Shown here: positions 37,300-47,197 of the stretch, in pieces
Layout: each line of letters starts with the position of its first letter
Position numbering within the stretch: the stretch's first letter is position 1
From: a bacterium
GTDB taxonomy: Bacteria > Sysuimicrobiota > Sysuimicrobiia > Sysuimicrobiales > Kaftiobacteriaceae
Assembly: GCA_044868695.1 (NCBI GenBank)
Contig: JBIOWP010000053.1
Location: 1-64,000, forward strand
Direction of reading: 5' to 3'
DNA: 64,000 nt
Notes under the pieces: model-generated
What the model was told of the DNA's origin: nothing
The model's database searches: none
Seen by the model: the letters and a program-made list of their open reading frames with translations, nothing else
Position numbers and translations under genes: made by a program

Positions 37300-37558
37300 C
37301 GTCGCCGCGGTCGAAGCACGCATCACGCAGATCTTTGCGCGGGCGCTCCATCTGGAGATTCCCGCAGCCGATCTGGATCTGTTCGAGACGGGAGCGATCG
37401 ACTCGCTCGCGTTTGTGGAGTTCCTCCTGCATCTGGAGCGTGAGTTTGGGATCAAGGTCTCGCTGGAGGATCTGGAACTCGACAGCTTCAGGACGATTCA
37501 GCGGATCGCCCAGTATGTGACCGCGCGGAACGGGACGACACCTACCGCATCCCGGTGA
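37292..37558 (+). CDS. carrier protein 1 (DltC-like)
   Basis: DLDLFETGAIDSL phosphopantetheine motif, LEREFGI. Confidence 0.88.
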   Translation: MADVAAVEARITQIFARALHLEIPAADLDLFETGAIDSLAFVEFLLHLEREFGIKVSLEDLELDSFRTIQRIAQYVTARNGTTPTASR

Positions 37559-37562
37559 CGCG

Positions 37563-38042
37563 ATGGATCCTGAAGCGCGCAAGAAGACCCTCCGGATGTT
37601 CAGCAACGGGATGTACGTCGTGACGTCACGCAGCGGGGAACACTATGGCGCGGCGACCGTCACCTGGATGTCGCAGGCCTCATTCAGACCTCCCCTGCTC
37701 ATGACGGCGATCCGCAGGGACAGTAACGTCTTTCGCTGCCTCGCCGAGAGCCGACTGGCCGCAGTGCACGTCTTGGGACGCGGCCAGCAAGAGATGGCGG
37801 CGAAATTCTTCCGGCCCACGAGAGTGGCGGATGGCCTGCTCAACGGCGAGCCCTTCGTTGAAGGCTCGACCGCCGTCCCGATTCTGACGAACACCCCCGC
37901 GCATGTCGAGTGCACAGTGCGCCAGATCATCGACGCCGGCGGGGATCATGCGGTCGTCATCCTGGAAGTGGCGGACGCGGTCTGCCGCGTCCGGATGCCG
38001 GTGCTCACAATTGCCGACTCGCCCTGGGAGTACGGAGGCTAG
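37563..38042 (+). CDS. flavin reductase (DIM6/NTAB family)
   Basis: GMYVVT, SQASFRPPL, GDHAVVI. Confidence 0.88.
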   Translation: MDPEARKKTLRMFSNGMYVVTSRSGEHYGAATVTWMSQASFRPPLLMTAIRRDSNVFRCLAESRLAAVHVLGRGQQEMAAKFFRPTRVADGLLNGEPFVEGSTAVPILTNTPAHVECTVRQIIDAGGDHAVVILEVADAVCRVRMPVLTIADSPWEYGG

Positions 38043-39146
38043 GTGGTCATGCCGGCGGGCCGGGTGCGCGGATTCGAGGAGCGCGATGTCCTCCATGTCA
38101 CCGAGCTGCACCGGCGCGTGTTTCCGGCGCTCAACGGCCATGGCGCACCTCCGGAAGCGTACCACGCGTACTTCCGGGAGATCTTCTTGACCAATCCATT
38201 GAGCGGCGGCGAGTCCCCATCGCTTGTGTACGAGGAGGGCGGAGACGTCGTCGGCTTTCTTGGCGTGATCCATCGGCAGATGAGCCTGCGCGGTCAGCCG
38301 GTCCGCATGGCGACCAGCTCCCAGTTCATCGTCGATCCAGGCCGGCGCGCCACGCTGGCCGGCATCGAGCTGGTCCGGGCGTTGCTCGCCGGGCCTCAGG
38401 ATTTCACCCTGGCCGATGAAGCGATCGACCTCACGCGCAGGCTTTGGGAGGGTTTGGGGGGGGCCACGGTGCCGCTGTACAGCCTGTCTTGGGTCCGAGT
38501 CCTCCGGCCCTTTGAGTTTGCCGTACGACGCTGGGGTGGAGGTCGGCGCCTCGCGTCCGCCTGGCTCCCGGCGTCTCATCTGGCCGACGCGGTGGCGACC
38601 CGTCTCCCCGGCACTCCATTCCGGCCGCCGGCCTCCGCGCTGCGAGGGGAAGAGCTGGACGGCGAGGCGCTGGCCGCATGCCTGGCTGAGTTTCCACAGG
38701 ACCGCGCTCTCCGGCCTGCGTACGACGGCCGGGCCGCGGCGTGGCTGCTGGAGATCCTGGCGCGCAAGCCGGGCAGCGGGCCGCTGCGCAAGACGCTCGT
38801 TCGAGATGCTGGGGGCGAGATCGCCGGTTGGTACCTCTACGCCGCGACACGCGGGGGGATCGCTGAGGTCATCCAGCTCGGCGCCCGAGAGGGGTCGATC
38901 GGTGCAGTCCTCGATCACCTGTCTGCGCAGGCCTGGCGGGACGGGATCGTGGGTTTGATTGGACGGCTCGATCCGCGGTCCGTGGGAGAGTTCACCGCCC
39001 GGAGGTGCTTCTTCCACCATCGGGGGTATTGGACGCTGGTGCACGCGAGGGACCCGCGGGTGTTAACTGCCCTCCAGCGCGGCGACGCGTTTGTGACGCG
39101 GCTCGAGGGTGAGTGGTGCCTGCGCTTTCAGGTGGGGGCGGCCTAA
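38043..39146 (+). CDS. GNAT-fold transferase 1 (paralogue of 54683-55774)
   Basis: VVGFLGV, SQFIVDP.RR; shares many motifs with the second copy. Confidence 0.7.
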   Translation: MVMPAGRVRGFEERDVLHVTELHRRVFPALNGHGAPPEAYHAYFREIFLTNPLSGGESPSLVYEEGGDVVGFLGVIHRQMSLRGQPVRMATSSQFIVDPGRRATLAGIELVRALLAGPQDFTLADEAIDLTRRLWEGLGGATVPLYSLSWVRVLRPFEFAVRRWGGGRRLASAWLPASHLADAVATRLPGTPFRPPASALRGEELDGEALAACLAEFPQDRALRPAYDGRAAAWLLEILARKPGSGPLRKTLVRDAGGEIAGWYLYAATRGGIAEVIQLGAREGSIGAVLDHLSAQAWRDGIVGLIGRLDPRSVGEFTARRCFFHHRGYWTLVHARDPRVLTALQRGDAFVTRLEGEWCLRFQVGAA

Positions 39147-40328
39147 GTGCGCAGGCTCCGCAGACTGGCGGCCAACCTCTCAGTCGCGGTCGGCGCGATC
39201 CTCGTGATGTGCCTCATGCTTGAGGGGACCCTCGCCGTCGTCAAGATCAACTCCCGGTCTGCCACCGAGTTCGATCCGGACACGGGATATTCATTTGTTC
39301 CGGGCGCCCACTACATCAACCGAAAGGAAGGGTTCTCAGAGGGGCATTTCAACTCCCACGGCTTCCGGGACGCGGAGCGCACCTGGGCGAAGCCGCCGAA
39401 CACCTACCGCATCCTGGTGTTGGGCGACTCGTTCGTGGAGGCCTTCAACGTCCCCCGTGAGCACGCGTTTCCCGCCTTGCTTGAGGCGAAGCTGAACGCA
39501 ACCTCACCCTCGCGGCGCTTCGAGGTGCTGGCCCTGGGCCAGTCGGGCTTCGGCACCGCCGACGCCTACATGCGCTACCTCAACGTTGGCGTCCGCTACG
39601 CTCCCGACATGGTGATTCTGGCCTTCTACATGGGGAATGACGTCCGCGACAACTCCAGGTTCCTGAGCATGAACTGGATCAGATTCTACTTCACCATTGA
39701 TGAACACGGCGAGCTGGTCCTGGACCGTTCTACCCTTGACGGCTATGCCAAGCAGCTGACGCCGCTGCATCGCGCGTACCAGACGATGAAGCGGTACTCC
39801 TATCTCCTCAGCCTGATTTCGGAACGCGCCTTTCTGGTGCGGCGCCAGATCCGGGAGGGGAGGTTCCAGCAGGCACATGCGAACACGGGGCAGGGAGGGC
39901 TCGACGAGTTTTCTGACTTCAACGTGTACCTTCCTGATCCGACACCCCGGTGGACCGAGGCCTGGAACGTCACCGAGCGGGTACTTGTGAAGTTCGCGGG
40001 AGAGGTCGCCTCGCGAGGCACGCCCTTCGTCCTGGTGATCCTCGGCGCCGCCGAGCAGGTCCATCCGGAGCTGGCACAGGACCTGCGCACGGAATACAGT
40101 CTCCCATTCGACGTCGACCTCCCCGACCGGCGGCTCCGGGAGGTCGCGGCCCGGCACGGCATCCGCACGCTTGATCTGATCCCGGCCTTTCGGGACTATG
40201 ACCGGCGCACGGGGACCTACCTCTACGGTTCTGGCTCGATGATCGCAGGACACTGGAACGAGGCGGGGCACCGGCTGGCAGCCGAGGACATTTTCTTGTA
40301 CCTCAGGGAGGATAGGGTCATCCCATGA
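39147..40328 (+). CDS. membrane-anchored SGNH/GDSL hydrolase-fold protein
   Basis: NSHGFRD, LVLGDSF, GNDV, GHWNEAGH. Confidence 0.85.
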   Translation: MRRLRRLAANLSVAVGAILVMCLMLEGTLAVVKINSRSATEFDPDTGYSFVPGAHYINRKEGFSEGHFNSHGFRDAERTWAKPPNTYRILVLGDSFVEAFNVPREHAFPALLEAKLNATSPSRRFEVLALGQSGFGTADAYMRYLNVGVRYAPDMVILAFYMGNDVRDNSRFLSMNWIRFYFTIDEHGELVLDRSTLDGYAKQLTPLHRAYQTMKRYSYLLSLISERAFLVRRQIREGRFQQAHANTGQGGLDEFSDFNVYLPDPTPRWTEAWNVTERVLVKFAGEVASRGTPFVLVILGAAEQVHPELAQDLRTEYSLPFDVDLPDRRLREVAARHGIRTLDLIPAFRDYDRRTGTYLYGSGSMIAGHWNEAGHRLAAEDIFLYLREDRVIP

Positions 40329-40675
40329 AACTGACGGTCCTGCCCAATGACTTGCGCGACAGCACGGTGGCGGAGCGCGACACCCACGATCGCGCTCCCG
40401 CGAGGAGTGCATCCGTCCCGCGATGGCGCGAAACACCTGTGCTCAAGCGACTCGCCGTGCTCTGGGAAAAGTGGAAGGTTATCGCCCGCCGCATCGGCGA
40501 TTTCCAGGCTCGAGTGCTGCTGTCGATCTTCTACTTCACCGTCCTGGCGCCGTTCGCCATCGGCGTCACGCTGTTCTCCGACCCGCTGCGGATCCGTCCG
40601 ACCGGCGGGTCCGGGTGGACGGAGCGCCCCGTGCCCACCGACGATGCGGCCGCGCAGGCCGGCAGGCAATTCTGA
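40325..40675 (+). CDS. SxtJ-like small membrane protein
   Basis: WK.IARRIGDFQARVLLSIFYFTVLAPFA...DPL...RQF. Confidence 0.65.
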   Translation: MKLTVLPNDLRDSTVAERDTHDRAPARSASVPRWRETPVLKRLAVLWEKWKVIARRIGDFQARVLLSIFYFTVLAPFAIGVTLFSDPLRIRPTGGSGWTERPVPTDDAAAQAGRQF

Positions 40676-40676
40676 C

Positions 40677-42452
40677 GTGCACATCCTGGGTATCTCCTGC
40701 TATTTCCACGACGCCGCAGCCGCGCTGCTCCGCGACGGCGAGCTCGTCGCCGCCGCCGAAGAAGAACGGTTTACCCGGAAGAAGCACGACTACGGATTCC
40801 CAACCCATGCCATCGACTTCTGCTTGAACGCGGCGGGTCTGCGATCGGAAGATCTCGATCTCGTCGTCTTCTTCGAAAAGCCCTTCCGGAAGTTCGAGCG
40901 GATTCTGCTGTCCACGATGCAGACATTTCCGCGCTCCCGCGGTGTCTTCTCGGAGTCGATGATCTCGTGGATGATCGACAAGCTCTGGATCAAGGCGCTC
41001 CTCCAGCGGCACCTACGGATCCCGCCGTCGAAGATCGCGTTCAGCGATCACCATCTGTCCCATGCGGCGAGCGCCTTCTTCTGCTCGCCCTTCACGGACG
41101 CCGCCATCCTCACCGTCGACGGCGTGGGCGAGTGGGCCACGGCGACCTACGGCGTCGGACACGACCGTGAGATCCGCATCCTGCGGGAAATCCGCTTCCC
41201 GCACTCGCTGGGGCTGCTCTACAGCGCGTTCACGGCGTTTCTCGGGTTCGAGGTGAATGAAGGCGAGTATAAGGTCATGGGCATGGCCCCCTTCGGGCAG
41301 CCGCGGTACGCGGAGGACGTGTCCAAGCTGATCACGGTCGAATCAGACGGCAGCTTCCGTCTGAACATGGACTACTTCAGCTTCCATCATTCCACCGAGT
41401 CGACCTACAACAGGAAGTTCCTGGATCTCTTTGGGGCGCCGCGTGACCCGCGCGCGCACTTCTTCACGCCGTCGAGCGGCTACCCGTCCTACTTCGGTGA
41501 ACGGCCGGCGGACTACGAGGCGCAGGCGCAGTCGAACCAGCACTATGCCGACCTGGCGGCCAGCATTCAGGCGGTGACGGAGGATGTCCTCCTGCGCATG
41601 GCCACCCGGCTGCACCAGGAGACGGGACTGAAGGCGCTCTGCATGGCCGGCGGCGTCGCGCTCAACAGCGTGGCCAACGGACGGATCCTCCGGGAGACGC
41701 CGTTTGAGGACATCTACATCCAGCCCGCGGCGGGGGACGGCGGCGGAGCCGTCGGCGCCGCGCTGTATGGGTACCACATGGTCTGCGGCAAGCCCCGGGG
41801 GTTCGTCATGGGCCATGCCTACTGGGGCCAGGAGCACACGAGCGCGCAGATCGACGCGTTCGTCCGCGGGACGAACGCCGCGCACACCCGCCTCGACGCC
41901 GAGGACCGGCTCCTGGACCGCGTCGTCGGGCACCTCCAGTCGGGCAAGGTCGTCGGCTGGTTCCAGGGGCGGTCTGAATGGGGGCCGCGGGCGCTGGGGA
42001 ACCGGAGCATCCTGGCGGACCCTCGGCGGGCGGACATGAAGGAAATCGTGAACACAAAGATCAAGTTCCGCGAGCCGTTCCGCCCGTTCGCGCCCGCGGT
42101 GCTGGTAGACCGCGCCGCGGATTTCTTCGACCTGCCGGAGCCGCGGCGCCACTATCCCGCTCGCTACATGCTGTACGTCGTGGATGTCAAGCCCGGCATG
42201 CGGGACCGTGTACCGGCCACCACCCATGTGGACGGCACCGCGCGCTTGCAGACGGTGTACGCGGACCTGGCCCCCCGGTACTTCCGTCTCATTGAGCTGT
42301 TCGGCGAGGCCACCGGGGTGCCCGTGGTGCTCAACACCTCGTTCAACCTGAGAGGCGAGCCTATTGTGAACACGCCGGCCGAGGCCTTCAGTACTTTCCA
42401 GCGTAGCGGCATGGACGTGCTCGTGCTCGGCGACCACATCATTGAGAAGTGA
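40677..42452 (+). CDS. carbamoyltransferase (NodU/CmcH family)
   Basis: ILGISCYFHDAAA, EEERF, HHLSHAASAF, AGGVALN, GPRALGNRS, FREPFRPFAP, LNTSFN. Confidence 0.95.
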   Translation: MHILGISCYFHDAAAALLRDGELVAAAEEERFTRKKHDYGFPTHAIDFCLNAAGLRSEDLDLVVFFEKPFRKFERILLSTMQTFPRSRGVFSESMISWMIDKLWIKALLQRHLRIPPSKIAFSDHHLSHAASAFFCSPFTDAAILTVDGVGEWATATYGVGHDREIRILREIRFPHSLGLLYSAFTAFLGFEVNEGEYKVMGMAPFGQPRYAEDVSKLITVESDGSFRLNMDYFSFHHSTESTYNRKFLDLFGAPRDPRAHFFTPSSGYPSYFGERPADYEAQAQSNQHYADLAASIQAVTEDVLLRMATRLHQETGLKALCMAGGVALNSVANGRILRETPFEDIYIQPAAGDGGGAVGAALYGYHMVCGKPRGFVMGHAYWGQEHTSAQIDAFVRGTNAAHTRLDAEDRLLDRVVGHLQSGKVVGWFQGRSEWGPRALGNRSILADPRRADMKEIVNTKIKFREPFRPFAPAVLVDRAADFFDLPEPRRHYPARYMLYVVDVKPGMRDRVPATTHVDGTARLQTVYADLAPRYFRLIELFGEATGVPVVLNTSFNLRGEPIVNTPAEAFSTFQRSGMDVLVLGDHIIEK

Positions 42453-42466
42453 GGGGTGATACCGTC

Positions 42467-42637
42467 ATGAGGAGCCTGCTGGCCAGATTCTCGATCGCCG
42501 GAGAGCTGCTGACCTTCCTCTGGAAGGCGCGGCTGTGGTGGATGGTCCCCGTCGTCGCCATGCTGCTGCTCCTGGGGGGGCTCATCATCCTGGCGCATAG
42601 CTCCGCCATTGCGCCATTCATCTACACACTCTTTTGA
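42467..42637 (+). CDS. SxtK/DUF5989-like small membrane protein
   Basis: WWMVP...SAIAPFIYTLF C-terminus. Confidence 0.8.
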   Translation: MRSLLARFSIAGELLTFLWKARLWWMVPVVAMLLLLGGLIILAHSSAIAPFIYTLF

Positions 42638-43845
42638 TGAGCCGGTACGGAGAGAACGGTGGACGCGCGGCCGCGGATATCGCGGTCCGCGCTCCGGCGG
42701 GTGTGGGCGGTCCCCTGCGGGTGGAGGTGATCGAGGATGTTGGACGCTTCCGCGCGCTCCGGGACGAATGGACCGCGCTCCTCGAGCGCAGCGCAGCGGA
42801 CGGCCTCTTCCTTACCTGGGAATGGCTGTTCACGTGGTGGAGACACCTGTCCGGCGGCGCCCGGCTTCACGTCCTCGCCGTCTGGTCGGATGGGGAGATG
42901 GTCGGACTCGCGCCGCTCCTCCTCCGGCGGCGGCGGGCGCTGGAGGCGCCATTTCCGGTTTTGGAATTCCTGGGCGGAACCGCTGGGTCCGACTACCTGG
43001 ACCTGGTTCTACGATCCGGATCAGAATCGCAGGCTGTGGATGCCCTCGCCGATTATCTCGGCGCCGAGAAGCTCGCACTTCGCCTGACGCAGGTCCGCCC
43101 CGGTTCGTCCGCAGCTGTGCTTGCCGCCGAGCTGGAGCGCCGCGGATGGTGGCTTGACGCCGTCAGCACGGAAGTGTGCCCGCTCGTGACGTGGCCGGCG
43201 CCGTCGTGGGACTCCTATCTGGCGACCCTCACGTCGAAAGACCGGGTCGACTTCCGTCGGCGTCTCAACAACCTGAGCAAGCAGTTCGAGGTCCGCTTCG
43301 AACAGGCCGAAACGGAGGAGGGGCGTCGAGAGACGCTGCGCGCGTTGTTCGCGCTCCATGACAGCCGGTGGCGGGAGCGAGGAGGCTCCACGGCCCTCCA
43401 CACCCCCGCGCTCCGGTCCTTCCATGACGAGGTGACCGCTCTGGCGCTGACGCGCGGGTGGCTGCGACTCTACCTGCTGGTCCTCGACGGCCAGCCGGTC
43501 GCGGCACAGTATAGCTTCAGATATCGCGGGACATTCTACGACTACCAGAAGGGGTTCGACCCGAGCTACTGCCGGCACGGCATCGGGCTCATCACCGTCG
43601 GGCTGACAATCAAGCGCGCGATCGAGGAAGGCGCAGCTGAGTATGACTTCCTCCATGGCGCCGAGCCATACAAGTTCCGGTGGGCAGGCCAGGTGCGTGA
43701 ACTGAGCCGGCTCGAGCTTTTCCCTCCTGGCGCGCGTGGGGCCACCTACCGGCTGCTTGTGGCGGGGGGCAGCAAAGCGAGAAAGGCTGTGCGAAAGGTC
43801 GTGGGCGATGTTCTGGCAGATCGTCTCACCGGTCGCCGGGGATGA
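42634..43845 (+). CDS. GNAT family protein (CelD/BcsL, Acetyltransf_6-like)
   Basis: FLTWEWLFTWW, SDYLD, YDFLHGAEPYKFRW. Confidence 0.85.
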   Translation: MMSRYGENGGRAAADIAVRAPAGVGGPLRVEVIEDVGRFRALRDEWTALLERSAADGLFLTWEWLFTWWRHLSGGARLHVLAVWSDGEMVGLAPLLLRRRRALEAPFPVLEFLGGTAGSDYLDLVLRSGSESQAVDALADYLGAEKLALRLTQVRPGSSAAVLAAELERRGWWLDAVSTEVCPLVTWPAPSWDSYLATLTSKDRVDFRRRLNNLSKQFEVRFEQAETEEGRRETLRALFALHDSRWRERGGSTALHTPALRSFHDEVTALALTRGWLRLYLLVLDGQPVAAQYSFRYRGTFYDYQKGFDPSYCRHGIGLITVGLTIKRAIEEGAAEYDFLHGAEPYKFRWAGQVRELSRLELFPPGARGATYRLLVAGGSKARKAVRKVVGDVLADRLTGRRG

Positions 43846-44924
43846 ACTGGGTGCGAGTCTTCAAGGAAACAGCCTACACGGCGAGCGCTTGCCTGGGCCT
43901 GACACGGGCGGCGATTCGGTGTGTCCGCCGGAAGGCCCTCGTCCTCGAGTATCACAATGTCAACGCAGGCGACTCGGATCCGATCCGCAACCTCGACGGC
44001 CTTCACGTGCGCGTCTCTCAGTTCGAGCGCCAGATGGACCATCTTGCGGCGCACTACCACGTGGTACCCCTGGACGATCTCCTGGATGCGTCCGCCCAGA
44101 TGCGGCGGGGAAAACCGCGCGCGGCGATCACCTTCGACGACGGCTACCGGGACACATACACCTACGCCGTTCCGATTCTTCAGCGACTCGGCCTTCCGGC
44201 CACGGTATTCATCGTCACGGACTTTCTGGTTTCCGGCGGTTCCCCCTGGTGGGACCGTCTCTGGGCCATGGTCGCTGCGGCCCGCAGCCCGCTACATCGG
44301 ATTTCCGTCCATGCTGCGGCACAGGAGCTCCCGATCGTCACGGTGCGTGACAAGGAGACCGCGGTGCGAGAACTGACGCGTGCGCTCCGTGAGCTCCCGA
44401 CCGCGGTGCGCGAGGCTGAGCTCAGCCGGCTTGCCGCCGAGGTGGGCGTGGACCAGGGCGAGATGAAGACGCATGCTCCCATGTCCGTATCCGAGCTCCG
44501 CGCGATGGTTGACGCGGGAATCACGGTGGGGAGTCACGGATGCTCGCATGATTCATTCCATCAACTCGGCCGCGAGCGCCTTCGGGAAGAGCTCGCCGAG
44601 TCCAAGCAGGTTCTGGAGTCGCTGACCGGCCGCCCGGTCACGTGGCTCTCCTACCCCTATGGAGATTTCTCAGCAGATGTGGCGCAGATGGCGGCTCAGG
44701 CCGGGTATCACGGAGCGGTGACAACAATCGAAGGGCTGAACGATGGGGTGCCCGACCCCTACGCGATCCGCCGCTTGGGGGTGGACGATCGTATGAGCTT
44801 CGCGCACTTCCGTGTCGTGGTGTCGGGATTGAGGGACGTGCTCAAAGGTCGCCTGCGGACCGACCGCGGTCCCGTCGCGCGCCGCGCCATCCAGTACGCT
44901 CAGGATGAAACCCGCAGCTCGTGA
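43842..44924 (+). CDS. polysaccharide deacetylase (NodB family)
   Basis: ITFDDGYRD, VGSHGCSH, SYPYG. Confidence 0.9.
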   Translation: MNWVRVFKETAYTASACLGLTRAAIRCVRRKALVLEYHNVNAGDSDPIRNLDGLHVRVSQFERQMDHLAAHYHVVPLDDLLDASAQMRRGKPRAAITFDDGYRDTYTYAVPILQRLGLPATVFIVTDFLVSGGSPWWDRLWAMVAAARSPLHRISVHAAAQELPIVTVRDKETAVRELTRALRELPTAVREAELSRLAAEVGVDQGEMKTHAPMSVSELRAMVDAGITVGSHGCSHDSFHQLGRERLREELAESKQVLESLTGRPVTWLSYPYGDFSADVAQMAAQAGYHGAVTTIEGLNDGVPDPYAIRRLGVDDRMSFAHFRVVVSGLRDVLKGRLRTDRGPVARRAIQYAQDETRSS

Positions 44925-46441
44925 CACGCCTCGCCGGTTTTCAACAGACGCAGCGGCTCGACGTTGGGTCCCGACCGGTGCTGCTCCTGACCGCGGGTCG
45001 GGCGATGGCATTCGCAATGACCTTCGCCACCCCTCTCGTGCTCGCGAGGGTGTTCGATCAGGCCGCGTTTGGCACGTACAAGCAGCTGTTCCTCGTCTAC
45101 GGGACGATTGCGGCGATCGCCCAATTGGGGATGGCCGACAGCCTGCTCTACTTCCTGGCGTCAACGCCGGATCGCGGCGGGCGGTACGTCCTGAACAGCC
45201 TCCTGGCCCTGGCCGGCAGCGGGCTGGCGTGCCTGGGGCTCCTCGCGGTTGCTGGTCCGGTGCTCGCGCACTGGCTGGGCAATGGCATGCTGTCGGGGCT
45301 GTCGGGACTGCTCGGCGCGTACGTCCTGCTGATGCTTCCCGCCACGGTCCTGGAGATTGTCATGATCGCGCGCAGGCACTATGGGAATGCGGGGCTGGTG
45401 TACGGCCTTTCCGATCTGGTCAAGGCGGTCGCACTGGTCGTCCCAGCCGTCGTGACCCGGAGACTAGAGTGGCTGCTGGCTGGCGGAGTGGCGTTCGGCG
45501 CGATCCGGCTTGGGGGGACGCTCTTGTACCTCGCCCGAGAGTATGCGGGCGAGTTGCGAACCGACCGGATGGCGCTGCGGCGGCAGTTGGCCTATGGCCT
45601 CCCTCTCCAGCTCGGCGTCGGCTTGTGGATTCTGGTGCAAAGTCTCCACTACTACATCGTCGCTGCGGGCGTGGACGCGGCCACGTATGCGATCTACGCG
45701 GTCGGCTGCCTCCAGATTCCGATCATCGACATGCTGTCCACGCCGTCCAAGAACCTGCTCACGGCGCGCATGCGAGAGGCAGTGACCGCGGACCAGTCCG
45801 GTGCCGCGCTCGCGCTCTGGCACGATACAACGCGCAGGCTCGCGCTCGTCTTCTTCCCGCTCGCCGGGCTCCTGGTCGCGACGGCCCGAGACTTGATCCC
45901 GGTGCTCTTTACGGACCGATATGCCGCGAGCATTCCGATCCTTATGGTCTGGTCACTGATCGCACCAGCGTACGCGGCGCAGCCGGATGGCGTGCTGGCC
46001 GTCTACGCCGAAACCCGTGCAATCGCCGTCGTGCACGCGATCCAGCTGCTGCTCATGACGGTCTTGGTGCTCGCGTTCATACGGCTGTTCGGACTCGTCG
46101 GCGCGGTGCTGGGAACGGTGCTCGTCATTTGGGTCGGCAAGGTCCTCATGCTCCTCCGCGCTCGGCGCCTCTTGCGTGTGACACTCGCCGCGCTGCTGCC
46201 CTGGCGGAGTCTCGGCATCATCTCGGGCGCCGCCGCCGCTTCCGCTCTGATCGCCGTGGAGGTCAACGCACACCTGGCAGTGGGGCAGGTGCCGGCCCTG
46301 ATCCTCACATCGGGCGCCTGCGTGGTGACGTACGTGGGGATCCTGGTGCTGTGCGGATTCATTGACCTCGAGGCGCGACCCGGCCGGGGTCTAATCGCGG
46401 TCTCGCCGTTGGCCGTGAGGGGAGGCAGTCATGAGCCTTAA
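44921..46441 (+). CDS. oligosaccharide flippase (Wzx-like)
   Basis: About 12-14 TM segments; PLVLARVF...FGTY, AIYAVG, LFTDRYAAS. Confidence 0.85.
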   Translation: MTRLAGFQQTQRLDVGSRPVLLLTAGRAMAFAMTFATPLVLARVFDQAAFGTYKQLFLVYGTIAAIAQLGMADSLLYFLASTPDRGGRYVLNSLLALAGSGLACLGLLAVAGPVLAHWLGNGMLSGLSGLLGAYVLLMLPATVLEIVMIARRHYGNAGLVYGLSDLVKAVALVVPAVVTRRLEWLLAGGVAFGAIRLGGTLLYLAREYAGELRTDRMALRRQLAYGLPLQLGVGLWILVQSLHYYIVAAGVDAATYAIYAVGCLQIPIIDMLSTPSKNLLTARMREAVTADQSGAALALWHDTTRRLALVFFPLAGLLVATARDLIPVLFTDRYAASIPILMVWSLIAPAYAAQPDGVLAVYAETRAIAVVHAIQLLLMTVLVLAFIRLFGLVGAVLGTVLVIWVGKVLMLLRARRLLRVTLAALLPWRSLGIISGAAAASALIAVEVNAHLAVGQVPALILTSGACVVTYVGILVLCGFIDLEARPGRGLIAVSPLAVRGGSHEP

Positions 46442-47192
46442 GGAGGCGGTGCGGGAGTATTGGGAATTGCAGCCGTGCGGCGCGAGTCCGAGCATTGTCG
46501 GGGTTCTCCCGCGCGCCAGCCGGGAATGGTTTGAGAAGATTGAGGAGCACCGCTACCGCCTCGAGCCGTTCATCCATGCCGTCGCTCAGTTTACTCGTCA
46601 CAGGGGCAAGCGTGTGCTGGAGATCGGAGTAGGGACGGGGACCGATTTCCTCCAGTGGGCACGGGCCGGAACCCGCTGTGTGGGTGTCGACATGACCGAC
46701 GAAGGCGTTGAGCTCACGAAGGCGCGGCTGGCATGTTACGGGTTCGCCCCTGAGGTCATCCGCGCCGATGCGGAATGCCTGCCATTCTCCGATACCTCAT
46801 TTGACCTGGTGTATTCCTGGGGAGTCCTGCATCACACTCCCGATCCGGGAGCGGCGGTGCGGGAGATCCGGCGGATCCTGAAGCCCGGGGGAACGTTCAT
46901 CGGGATGATGTACCACCGGCGTTCGGTGCTGGCCTTCAAGTTCTGGGTCTGGTATGGTCTCCTGCGAGGTCGGCCCTGGCGCAGCTTCGCAGACGTGCTC
47001 TGGCACCACATGGAGAGCCTCGGCACGAAAGCGTACACCATTCCGGAATTGCGCGAGCTCTTTGGAGAGTTCGCCAGCTTCAGCGCGCGGCCGATCCTGA
47101 CCCCGTACGACCGGAAACGCTGGCCGCGGGTCGTGTCGGCGTTCTTTCCCGATGCCTGGGGCTGGTTCACCGCGATCACCGCAACCCGCTGA
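46431..47192 (+). CDS. class I SAM-dependent methyltransferase
   Basis: VLEIGVGTG, DAECLPF, FDLVYSWGVLHH, LKPGG. Confidence 0.9.
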   Translation: MSLKEAVREYWELQPCGASPSIVGVLPRASREWFEKIEEHRYRLEPFIHAVAQFTRHRGKRVLEIGVGTGTDFLQWARAGTRCVGVDMTDEGVELTKARLACYGFAPEVIRADAECLPFSDTSFDLVYSWGVLHHTPDPGAAVREIRRILKPGGTFIGMMYHRRSVLAFKFWVWYGLLRGRPWRSFADVLWHHMESLGTKAYTIPELRELFGEFASFSARPILTPYDRKRWPRVVSAFFPDAWGWFTAITATR

Positions 47193-47197
47193 TCACC

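Noticed and set aside
35183..37558. NRPS or dlt operon
   Set aside because: No condensation or thioesterase domains, and no DltB (MBOAT) or recognisable DltD.
40325..42637. Saxitoxin biosynthesis cluster
   Set aside because: Only sxtI/J/K-like genes are present, with no sxtA or sxtG-like core; the context is EPS.
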